This document shows, piece by piece, positions 53,946-64,000 of a stretch of 64,000 nt of DNA (positions within the stretch are counted from its first letter, which is position 1; every line of letters begins with the position of its first letter). The position numbers and the translations under genes are program-made. The stretch lies in the NCBI RefSeq assembly GCF_009914755.1, contig NC_060939.1, one strand, 5' to 3'. The notes beneath the pieces are model-generated. The model saw nothing but the letters and a program-made list of their open reading frames with translations. It was not told the origin of the DNA and did no database searches. This DNA comes from the human T2T-CHM13v2.0 reference genome, Homo sapiens.

Positions 53946-54533
53946 GGTATATTTTCTGGGGCTCATTTTTATGTTTTCAGAGGACTCTCCCTCAAGAGTG
54001 CTGCTCTACTTGGCAATATTTGGGGGATGGAAGAGGTGAAACCCTTCACTGCGGTACTCTACAATATATCCAAATTCAGAACACTCTAGCACAGGCCAAC
54101 ATAGGCTCCGATGTCTCACTTAGCCTCACAGAAATATCTCCCAGACCTGCAGACACAGACAAATCCTAGACAAGCCTATGATGCTTTGATTAATCACTAA
54201 TGGAGTTGTCCTTGAAGACAGTATTTTAAATTGTCCCTGTGACATCCTGCAGTTTTTTTACAGCTCAGGGCAATGCACAATAGTAAGATTCAGGATGGAT
54301 AAGGATGTGTCTTTCTTTTTTGTCCAAAAATGCCATTTTAAAGAGAAGATGGGCAAGGAGACTGTATCTGATCATTCCAATCTGTTTTCAGGCAGATTTT
54401 AAGAATGACAGTCGAGGCACCTGGAAACTGATTCCCTTCCAAGTCTCTGTGCAAGGGGTATTCTTGCAAAATCTTAGCTTTTTAGTGCAATTTGATGCTC
54501 ACTGGTATAGAGTCCCATGCAAGGCGATTGCTA

Positions 54534-54549
54534 CCACCAGGTGGCAGCA
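54534..54549 (+). promoter_or_regulatory. CTCF consensus motif in apparently non-repetitive sequence
   Basis: CCACCAGGTGGCAGCA, full match to CCASYAGRKGGCRS. Confidence 0.6.
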
Positions 54550-56674
54550 TCCTCTAGTTGTTGGTGGGCTCTAAGGCAGGAAAGAAACCCAGTTAAGTCT
54601 GTAACCTTAACAGCCTTGAACAAATGAACCTGAGCCAAGGCAGAGTGCACACAGACCCCATGAACCAAAGGAGACAAACCCACAACAGACAGAAGCTAAG
54701 GTGAATGTCTCTTAGTCTCATTTTCTGCTCACTTCAGCATGAACAGCTTGAGAGATGCACACTTAGCAAAACAGGATGAAGGTTAAAAGGTCCTCTGGAG
54801 CAGTAAGGAGGTAGCAGGTGATCTGTAGTCAAACTCCTAATTGTTCCTCTGAACCATTAGCACTTTTGGGCAACTTTTGTCTAGAACAAGTGCTAAATGT
54901 CACAGAGGTTTGTTCCCCTGCCCAGTGGTGCCCAGGCTGAGAGGGCAGGTTTAACCTGGTATCTCATCAGAACAGGGACAAAAGAAGACAAATCATATTG
55001 GAGCCACTCTCACCTGGCTTGGTCTTATTAGAGCTACCTGCTCTCCCCTGGGGTGATAAACAGTTGCATTTGCCTGATTCTTTCACTGGTTTAAAAGGCT
55101 GTGTGTCCTGTGATTGCAAAGTCAACTCAGACTGTTGACTTAACAATGTCAGAGCTGCCCTTCCTGTCCTCAAAGCACCTTCCTTCTTCCTTCCAGAGCT
55201 CACTGGGGTCTTAATGCTGTCAGAAGTATCCATATGGACTTAAAAATATTGCATCACAGCCTAGAGGTGACCAGCTCTATCACTAATGAAGAAGCAATTT
55301 AAGCTTTTGGGGCCCCAGTTTCCCCATTAGTAAAATCATGTGCATTGTGTACAAAGTAGCTGCTTGAGCGGAGCTTCATTATTCAACAGGGCTTAGATTT
55401 TTCTGGACTTTGCAGGAAGAAGTCTCTGCCCTTCTGGGTTTTGTGCTCTGCAGCTATGGACATGAAGATCACCCCATCCTCTCGGCAGTCCTCAGCAACA
55501 TGAATGGCAGGCCTGTCCTAGGAAGAGATAGACATCAAGGCCACAATGCAAGCCATGCGCAGGTCATGGGTTCATGGTACTGTTGAGTTTTGACTCTTTA
55601 CTGAGGAACTGAACTGGAATGAACAGCTTAGCAGGCATTATTCCTGGAAGGAACTTTCTAGGGAGGCTATAAGCTGGCTGGACCCCCAGACTCTGCTCTG
55701 TGTTCTGCCTCACTGAAAAACAAAATAGTTGTGACTAGCCCTACCTTCTCTTGGCTGACAGTAGTACCTGCTTGGAGCTGCTACTTGCTGATACCCACAT
55801 GAGCCCAATGCCAGAATGCATAGCTAAAGTTCTATTGCAAAGGGAGAGGTCATTCTTCCAGTGATGCCTGGCCTGCACTGGCAGCACCTATCCCACAGTG
55901 GCCCTCTGGCCTTCCCCAGGCTACCAGAAGCTGTGTCTGCCCTTCACAATTCTTCTGGGTGCTCAGCTCCTTTGGCTCAGAAGTTCACTACCTCTACCCT
56001 CTAAACTCCTGGCTGGAAACCTTAATCCCTTTCTCTATGTCCTCCACTTCACTCTGAACTTCTACCAGTATGGCTAATGGCTTTTTCAGCCACCTATCCT
56101 TCCTGCCACTCCTCATCCTGAATTTCAATCAGATCATCTACTTGTGAAGTAGTGTTTTCAGATATAGGTGCAGGGAAGCTTCTTTTATATTATCTTTCAT
56201 GGGTATCTCATACTATTGTTCTTACCAACACAATATAGTCTTTATTCCCATTGACAAAGTCAATTACAAGGGCATAAACACGATTTATTTCCTTTCCAAG
56301 GGTCCCAGTGCTTCACCAACACCAACGCCACCACTAAGGGTTCCAGTGTGATCACCATCTGGGATCTACCTGTTCCAACTGCTTGTTTACCTCCTGTGCA
56401 TGCTCCACGGGACATGGCTCTTTGCCTGTAGATCGCCAGGTACCCACAGCTTTACTGCCATGGTGCACTTCACTTCCTGCCTTGTCCACTCTCACCTGCA
56501 CCAGTTATTGCTTACGTGGTAATCAGTATAGTCATTGATCTTCAGGGACCATCCAGCTACCCGATTTCCAATGTGGCTGCCTTTGCTATCTTGTTTTGGA
56601 AAATGTCTTAAGGCTGTTGAAGATTATATCTATTTGATCCTTTGTGCCCTTAGATGGAGAAAAGAAATGTATTG

Positions 56675-57257
56675 AGTAGAAGCTCTGAAAGTTTGGAAGG
56701 TCCCTCACACCATCCTCAGGTTCAGAGTTTCACTAGATGAAGTCACAGAACTCAGCAAGCCAATTTACCCATGGTTACAGTTTGTTAGAGCAGAAGAATA
56801 CATTTGAAAATCAACAATAAGAAAAGGTACAAAAGGTAAAGTCTAGGAGAGACCAGGAATGGAGCTTCCCACTTGTCGCTCCCCAGTGAAGTCATACAGA
56901 CTGCACTTATCTCTCCCCGCAACGATGTGTGACAATATGCCTAGGGTATTGCCAACTAGGGGAGTTCACTTGAGTCTCAGTGTCCAGAGATTTTATTGAG
57001 GAATCAGTCACATAGATATGGCTAGCCACCATACGACTGACTTTGATCTCTAGCCCCTCCAGAGATAAAGCTGATGTTGTGTTGTCCAAGGACCTCACCA
57101 TAAATCTTATGGTTAGTACAGACTATCTGGCATGGCCCAAGGTCCTAGGTTTATAAAGACACTTTTGAAAGCCAGGACATTCCAAGGGCTTAAATGTTAC
57201 CTTCCAGAAACTGGGGGTAAAGAGCCAAAACTTTCTTTGGGTTAATCCTTTACTGCA
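56675..57257 (-). mobile_element. MER77/MER21-group LTR
   Basis: CACAGAACTCAGCAA...GACTATCTGGCATGGCCCAAGG...GACATTCCAAGGGCTTA...TTAATCCTTTACTGCA. Confidence 0.7.
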
Positions 57258-58072
57258 TAAGCTCTAAGACCCCAATAATTCATGGCCCTATTTCTGGGGC
57301 ATGATTCAGCCCAGAGAAGAGATCGGAGAAACCTACCTCCCATCATCAAAGAGCTCCTGGATGTTCCATCAAGCAAAACTGTGGGAGGAAATTCAGTGTT
57401 CCTATGGAGATGGTGGTGTGACCTGAGCTGGCTCAGAGTTTCTAAAAGCTTCTTCTCAAACATTGGCAAGGTCACAGGTACCCAATAAGGTACATCTTCC
57501 CTTTCCTTCAACAGTCCAAAACCTCCAGAACTCTCTCGAGGCAGTGATTAATACTAAACAAAGGACTTGAAGGATAGGAGGGATTCTGAACAGGGTAGAA
57601 ATAAATAGTAGTGTGGGATATTCGTATAGTTTTCTTGGAAGAGGTAATATTTGAGTAGGATCTTGAAAAATGAGTAGACGTGTAAATGCCGCAAGTAAAG
57701 GCAAAGATATATACATCATTGTCGGAATAGGAAAGAGTGTGGCACATCTGGGAATGATGAGGGGCCTTATGCAGCTGGGGGAGTCTATTGGTCAGACATG
57801 AGGCTGGAAATGGTGCAAGGGCTAGATAGGGAAGGGCTTCATATGTGATGCCAAGAGGCACAGACTATGCTGTGATTCCCTGGCAGTATAGCTGGTGGGA
57901 CAAAGAGAAATCAAACTCAAAAAGTTCCCCTCTTGTCTACCATGTGTATACTCAAGTAGGTGATGAGATTGTAGGAAGAAGGTAGGATATAATAGCAGAT
58001 AATTGGGTAGCCATATAGAAAAATCAAATAAAATTTGACCTTTACCTTATAAAACATATTTTTAAAAACCCA

Positions 58073-58200
58073 GTCTGGGTGTGGTGGCTCATGCTTGTAA
58101 TCCCAGCACTTTGGGTGGCCGAGGTGGGAGAATCGCTCGAGCCCAGGAGTTTGAGACCAACCTGGGTAACATAGTGAGACCTCATCTGTATAAGAAATGA
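58073..58200 (+). mobile_element. Alu left monomer (FLAM/AluJ)
   Basis: GGTGGCTCATGCTTGTAATCCCAGCACTTTGG...GTGAGACCTCATCTGTA. Confidence 0.85.
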
Positions 58201-58207
58201 ACAGCAG

Positions 58208-58817
58208 AGGGGCGAAGATGGCCAATTAGAAGCAGCTGCAGTCCGTGGCATTCACGGAGAGGAATGAAAGGCGTGAGTGAATACAGCACCTTCAACTGAA
58301 ATATCCAGGTTCTCACATTGGGACTGATTAGGGAAACAACTTAACCATGGAGAATGAAGAAGAGCAAGGTTGGGTGATGGCCCACCTGGGAGTGACACAG
58401 AGCTAAGGGAAGTGGTGAGTGATTGTGTGACCCTGGAAAAACATGCTTCTCCCACGGATCTTTGCAACCTGTGGATCAAGAGATGCCCTTGTGAGCCCAC
58501 ACCACCAGGCCCTGGGGCTGACACACAGAACTGTGTGGAGTCTTGGCAGAGTAACTGCTCAGGCATGCACAGAGACCCAGCAGCTTTATATACTCTGGCC
58601 CTGGGATCCCCATCAGATGTGTCTAACTCAGGCAAGGTGAGAGGTCCGCACCTACCCCTAGGAAGGGGGGCAGAATCCAGGGAGCTGATTCTGTGGGTCC
58701 CACTTCCACAGCACCTCACAAATTCTTGGGGCTCCATCCCATCTCAAGCAGGCTCCACCCAGTTGCCGGTGGCTGGCTGGAATGTCAAGCCAGTGGATCT
58801 TACTTTGTGAGGTGCTG
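58208..58817 (+). mobile_element. Isolated 5' UTR of an older primate L1 (L1P3/P4-type); last ~90 bp inverted
   Basis: Starts GGGGGCGAAGATGGCCAATTAGAAGCAGCT (YY1 core AAGATGGCC); no ORF1 follows. Confidence 0.8.
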
Positions 58818-59221
58818 CACCTGGGAAGGTGGCTGCAGCTGCACCTGGGGAGTTCCCATCCCACCCTGCTGGAAGGAGCAGGACTCCTGCTTGTCTCTGG
58901 CTCCTGCCTGCTCCCTGGAGTGGAAGGCCCAGGTCTGCAGTCACTGGTTGGGTGCCTGCAGCTGCACCCAAGAGGGCAGATCCTGCCTGTTCCTGGCAAC
59001 CTCAAAGAGCACAGGTAGGCTCAGATCCACAGCCACAGTTTGGGCAGGGGTCCATTCTGCTCCCTAGAGCGGGAGGCCTGGGTCTGCAGCCACACTTTGG
59101 GTAGCTACAGTGGCACCTGGGGAGCTGAACCCCCAACTTAGAAGGGGCAGAGCTCCCACTGGCTTCATGGAGTGTGCAGTGCCAGCCGCAGCCAGTGTGA
59201 TAGCAGCAGCCTCTGCCATCA
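58818..59221 (-). mobile_element. MER52-family LTR, 5' portion only
   Basis: Ends ...GCAGCAGCCTCTGCCATCA (reverse TGATGGCAG start); repeated GGCTGCAGCTGCACC units. Confidence 0.75.
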
Positions 59222-59451
59222 TTAGGTACTATTTATTATCTTGATTTTACAAATGATAAAACAACTGTTGGATTTCAGCCCAGGTCCACCAGAATCCACA
59301 GTCTTCATTTAACCCCCATGTTCTACAACACTAGACCAGGGGAGAAATTTGCACAGAAAGTAGTATGAATAATGGAGGCTGGGAATCAGAGAAAGTAGAC
59401 AGAGAAAACAGGCTTAAAGGACTGAATGAATTACAGATAACCTGTATTTTC

Positions 59452-59645
59452 CAAGGGCTGGGGGCTGGAGGGAGGAGCAATTAGATTTTAATGGGTACGG
59501 AGTTTCAGTTTTGCAAGATGAAAAAGTTCTGAAGATCTATTGTCTAACAATGTGAATACATTTAATACCACTGAACTGTACACTTAAAAATGGTTATGAG
59601 GGTAAATTTAATGTTATGTGCTTTTGACCATAATAAACAAAACAA
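59452..59645 (+). mobile_element. L1MB 3' end
   Basis: GAGTTTCAGTTTTGCAAGATGAAAAAGTTCTG...ACTGAACTGTACACTTAAAAATGGTTA. Confidence 0.85.
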
Positions 59646-59877
59646 AATAACTTGTATTCACTCTCTGCAGGTGAGGGGCCACTTTTCAGAGCACTCTCCT
59701 CATCTCTACCTCACTAGGGCTTTGCAGCAAAAAGTTTGTCTGATCATTTTATGTTATTATATGCTACATTGTTCCTCATTGAGTATATGCTGCTGCTTCT
59801 TTGACTATATGTCCTCCTGCTTGGAGGTTTGGCTTTTCATTCTCTAAAAGGGGTATTTTGATGAATAACAGTTTTTA

Positions 59878-60179
59878 AATTTTTTTATTTTCAAGATGGA
59901 GTCTCACTGTTGCCCAGGCTGGAGTGCAGTGGTGCGATCTTAGCTCATTGCAACCTCCGCCTCCCAGGTTCAAGCAATCCTCTGCCTCAGCCTCCCGAGT
60001 AGCTGGGATTACAGGTGTGGGCCACCATGCCTGGCTATTTTTTTTTTTTTTTTGTATTTTTAGTAGAGACGGGGTTTCACCATGTTGGCCAGACTGGTCT
60101 TGATCTCCTGACCTCATGATCCACCCGTCTCAGCCTCCCAAAGTGCTGGGATTACAGCCGTGAGCCACTGTGCCTGGAC
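59878..60179 (-). mobile_element. AluS
   Basis: Full reverse dimer. Confidence 0.92.
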
Positions 60180-60234
60180 TTTAAATTTTAATGTAATATA
60201 ATTTATCAATCTTTTTTGTTTATGGCTAACACTT

Positions 60235-60432
60235 TTCTTTTCTTTCTTTCTTTTTAATCTTTTAATCTTTTTTTTTTTTTTTTTGAGACAATGTCTCGTT
60301 CTGTCACCCAGGCTGGAGCACAGTGGCACCCAGGCTCACTGCAGCCTTGAATCCTGGGCTCAAGCGATTCTCATGCCACAGCCCCCTGAGTAGCTGAGAT
60401 GACAGTTGCATGCCACCATGCCTGGCTAATTA
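60235..60432 (-). mobile_element. AluJ right-arm fragment
   Basis: TTTGAGACAATGTCTCG...GCCTGGCTAATT. Confidence 0.85.
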
Positions 60433-60439
60433 TGGCTTC

Positions 60440-61755
60440 TACAAAATGCCAAACATTCTCTGCCCCCAAATTAGGAAGAGAGTCTCTTGCATTTCCACTA
60501 AAAGCTTTAGAATTTTGCCTTTTATATTTAAGTCTATAATCCCCCTGGATTGTTTTTAGTGTTTTAGAAAGTAAGGGTCCAATTTTATTTGATTTTTCCA
60601 TATGACTACCCAATTATTTCAGTTTCTTATTGAAAAGATTATATGTCCCCCTCTGCTTTGCAGTCTTATATTTGTCATGAATCAAATATCTACATATGTG
60701 TCAATCTGTTTCTAGACTCTTTATTTCCATTCATTAGCCTATTTGTCAATCCCTGTGCAAATACTACAGTGACGTGATAATTGAACCTTTATAAGTGTTG
60801 ACATTTTGTGGGACAAGTCCTCTCACTTTGTCATTTTCATGGGTGTCTTGGCTATTCTTAGCTGTTTGCATTTCCGTGAAAATGTTAGAAACATCTAATG
60901 AAATTAAAATACACACACACATGCACCTGCACACACACACACACACACACACATACACACACACAAGTATTATAACCCTGTTCAGATTTTCCCTGGGATT
61001 ACATTGAATCCATAGGTTGATTGGGGGAGAAATGACATCTTTGCAAGACAGTTTTCCAATCCATTCCTTTCCATTTACCTGAGTCTTCTTTCAGTTTCTC
61101 TCAATAAAGTTTTATATTTCTGTTCATGTGAGTTTATACATCTCTTCTTGTCTGGATTCCTACATACCTGATACTTCTTGATGCTATTATAAGTAGAATT
61201 TTTTAAATTTTCATTTTCTGTTTGTTGCTGGCATATAGAAGTAAAATTGATTTTGTTTTCTGACAATTTTGCTAATCTTTCTTAATTATTAAAAATATTA
61301 AAATTAACTTTTAATGATTCACCTACGGTACTTCTGGGCAGTCTGTGAGCACAATCATAATATCTGAAAATATAGGATTTTTTTCCATTCCAATCTTTAT
61401 ATATTTTATTTCTTATCTTACCATTTTAAACTGGCATGATGCCCAGTAAAGTGATGAATAGGACTGGTGATAGTGAGTGAATATTTTTGTCTTTTTCCCA
61501 ATCTCAGAAGGAAAAACCTTCAGTATTTTACCATTAATTATGATGTTTTCGGTAGCCTTTTCTTTCTTTTTGGTCTATCTCTTTAGACAATAGGGAAGTA
61601 ATAAAAGGGAAGTCTGCTTTTATTCCAAGTATACTAAGAGCTTATCTTTAACCATTAATGAATGATGAATTTTATAAATGTTTTATTCTATTTTTTGAGA
61701 TGATCATATTATCATGTTATTTTTCTCCCTTAATCTGTTAACAAGGAGAATTATG
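60440..61755 (-). mobile_element. Old L1M (MD/ME-type) ORF2 fragment with an internal (CA)n at about 60910-60965
   Basis: TCTTGGCTATTCT, GGATTACATTGAATCCATAG, GAAAAACCTTCAGTATTTTACCATTAA. Confidence 0.75.
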
Positions 61756-61770
61756 TTTTTTTTTTTAAGA

Positions 61771-64000
61771 CGGGCTGAGTAGTATTCAATTTTGTATATA
61801 CATATACCACAGTTTCTTTATCCACTCGTTGATTGATGGGCATTTGGGTTGGTTTCATGATTTTGCAATTGCAAATTGTTCTGCTATTAATATGCATGTG
61901 CAAGTATCTTTTTTGTATAATGACTTCTTTTCCTCTGGGTAGATACTCAGTAGTAGGATTGCTGGATCAAATGTAATTCTAGTTTTAGTTCATGAAGTAA
62001 TCTTCACTCTGTTTTCTATAGTGGCTGTACTAGTTCCTACCAGCAGTGTAAAAGTGTTCCCTGATCACCACATCCCCACCAACATATACTGTTTTTTGGT
62101 CTTTAGATTATGGCCATTCTTGCAGGAGTAAGGTGGTATCACATTGGGTTTCGATTTGCATTTCCCTGATCATTAGTGATGTTAAGTATTTTTTCTATGT
62201 TTGCAAGCCATTTGTATATCTTCTTTTGAGAATTATCTATTCATGTCCTTAGCCCACTTTTTGATGAGATTTTTTTTTTCTTACTGATTTGTTTGAGTTT
62301 GTTGTAGATTCTGGATATTAGTCCTTCGTTAGATGTATAGATTGTGAAGAATTTCTCCCACTCTGTGGGTCGTCTATTTACTCTGCTGACTGTTCCTTTT
62401 GCTGTGCAAAAGCTATTTAGTTTAATTAAGTCCCAGCTATTTATCTTTGTTTTTATTGCATTTGCCTTTGGGTTCTTGGTCATAAAATCCTTGCCTAAGC
62501 CAATGTCTAGACGGGCTTTTCCAATGTTGTCTTCTAGAATTTTTATAGTTTCAGGTCTTAGATTTAAGTCCTTAATCCATCTGGAGTCGATTTTTGTATA
62601 TGGTGAGAAGTGAGGATCCAGTTTCATTCTCCTACATGTGGCTAGCCAATTATTCCAGCACCATTTGTTGAAAAGGGTGTCCTTTCCCCACTTTAAGTTT
62701 TTGTTTGCTTTGTCGAAGATCAGTTGTCTGTAAGTATTTGGGTTTATTTCCGGGTTCTCTATTCTGTTCCATTGGCCTATGTGCCTGTTTTTATACCAGT
62801 ACCATGTTATTTTTGGTGATTATGGGCTTATAGTATAGTTTGAAATCAGGTAGTGTGATGCCTCCAGACTTTTTCTTTTTGCTAAGTCTTGTGTTGGCTA
62901 TGTGGGCTCTTGTTTGGTTCCATATGAATTTTAGAATTGTGTTCTCTAATTCTGTGAAGAATGATGGTGGTATTTTAATGGGGATTGTGTTGAATTTGTA
63001 TATTGTTTTTGGCAGTATGGTCGTTTTCACAATATTGATTCCACCCATCCATGAGCATGGGATGTGTTTCCATTTTTTGATGTCATCTGTGGTGTCTTTC
63101 AGCAGTGTTTAGTTTTTCTTGTAGAGGTCTTTTGCCTCCTTAGTTGGGTATATTCCTAAGTTTTGTTTTGTTTTTGCAACTGTCATAAAAGGGGTTGAGT
63201 TCTTGATTCGATTCTCCACTTGGTTGCTGTTGGTGTATAGAAGAGCTACTGATCTGTGTACATTAATCTTGTATCCAGAACCTTTGTTGAATTCCTTTAT
63301 CCATTCTAGGAACTTTCTGGAGGAGTCTTTAGGGTTTTCTAGGTAAACAATCATATAATCAGCAAACAGTGACAGTTTGACTTCCTCTTTACTGATTTGG
63401 GTGCCCTTTATTTCTTTCTCTTGTCTGATTGCTCTGGCTAGGACTTCCAGTACTACGTTAGGGAAGAATGGTGAGAGTGGGCTTCCCTATCTTGTTCCAG
63501 TTCTCAGAGGGAATGCTTTCAACTTTTCCCTATTCAGTATTATGTTGGCTGTGGATTTGTCATGGACGGCTTTTATTACATTGAGCTCTGTCACTTGTAT
63601 GCTGATTTTGCTGAGAGTTATAATCATGAAGCAATGATGGATTTTGTCAAATGCTTTTTTCTCCATCTGTTGAGATGATCATGTGATTTTTGTTTTTAAT
63701 TCTGTTTATCTGGCGTATCACATTTATTGACTTGCGTATGTTAAACCATCCCTGCATCCCCAGTATGAAACCCACTTGATCATGGTGGATTATCTTTTTG
63801 ATATGTTGTTGGATTCGTTAGCTAGTATTTTGTTAAGGATTTTAGCATCTATGTTCATCAGGGATATCAGTCTGTAGCTACCTTTTTTGGTTAAGTCCTT
63901 TCCTGGTTTGGCATTAGGGTGATACGGCTCCATAGAATGAATTAGGGAGGGTTCCCTGTTTCTCTGTGTTGTGGAAGAGTGTCAAAAGGATTGGTACCAA
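61771..64000 (-). mobile_element. L1PB ORF2 fragment running off the window end
   Basis: Broken ORF2 peptides (62241-62627 [21 protein letters not shown]; 62791-63048; 63109-63354); 3'-most part and poly-A absent. Confidence 0.92.

Noticed and set aside
55400-55566. Possible exon (TTTGCAG acceptor ... CAG/GTCATG donor)
   Set aside because: Weak donor, no coding signal or partner exons; cannot be supported without transcript data.
56396-56419. p53-like half-site pair
   Set aside because: Each half-site has a mismatch and the spacer is 4 bp; expected by chance.
58252-59104. Cluster of long GC-rich ORFs
   Set aside because: They lie in L1 5' UTR and MER52 sequence, where GC content depletes stop codons.

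Overview
Primate (human-like) genomic DNA dominated by interspersed repeats, most likely intergenic or deep intronic. I find no supportable protein-coding gene, RNA gene or CpG-island promoter. The ORFs in the track lie in L1, Alu, LTR or simple-repeat sequence, or resemble no protein I recognise. Contents: AluJ/S/Y SINEs, L1 fragments (two with 5' inversions), HAL1, L2, MIR, hAT DNA-transposon fossils and more than 20 solo LTRs, many with readable target-site duplications (TSDs). Four points stand out. (1) A dense LTR field at about 35.9-49.2 kb includes a MER39 carrying four nested LTRs. (2) Inside it, a perfect zero-spacer p53 site sits between two back-to-back LTR TATA boxes (MER61 minus, MER50 plus). 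(3) Five local inverted or templated duplications (26.1, 35.7, 40.8/41.7, 42.3/43.3 and 58.7 kb) are not explained by transposition. (4) Three strong CTCF motifs are present. Repeat family names come from my recall of consensus sequences and need RepeatMasker/Dfam confirmation. I do not see evidence for a novel coding system.
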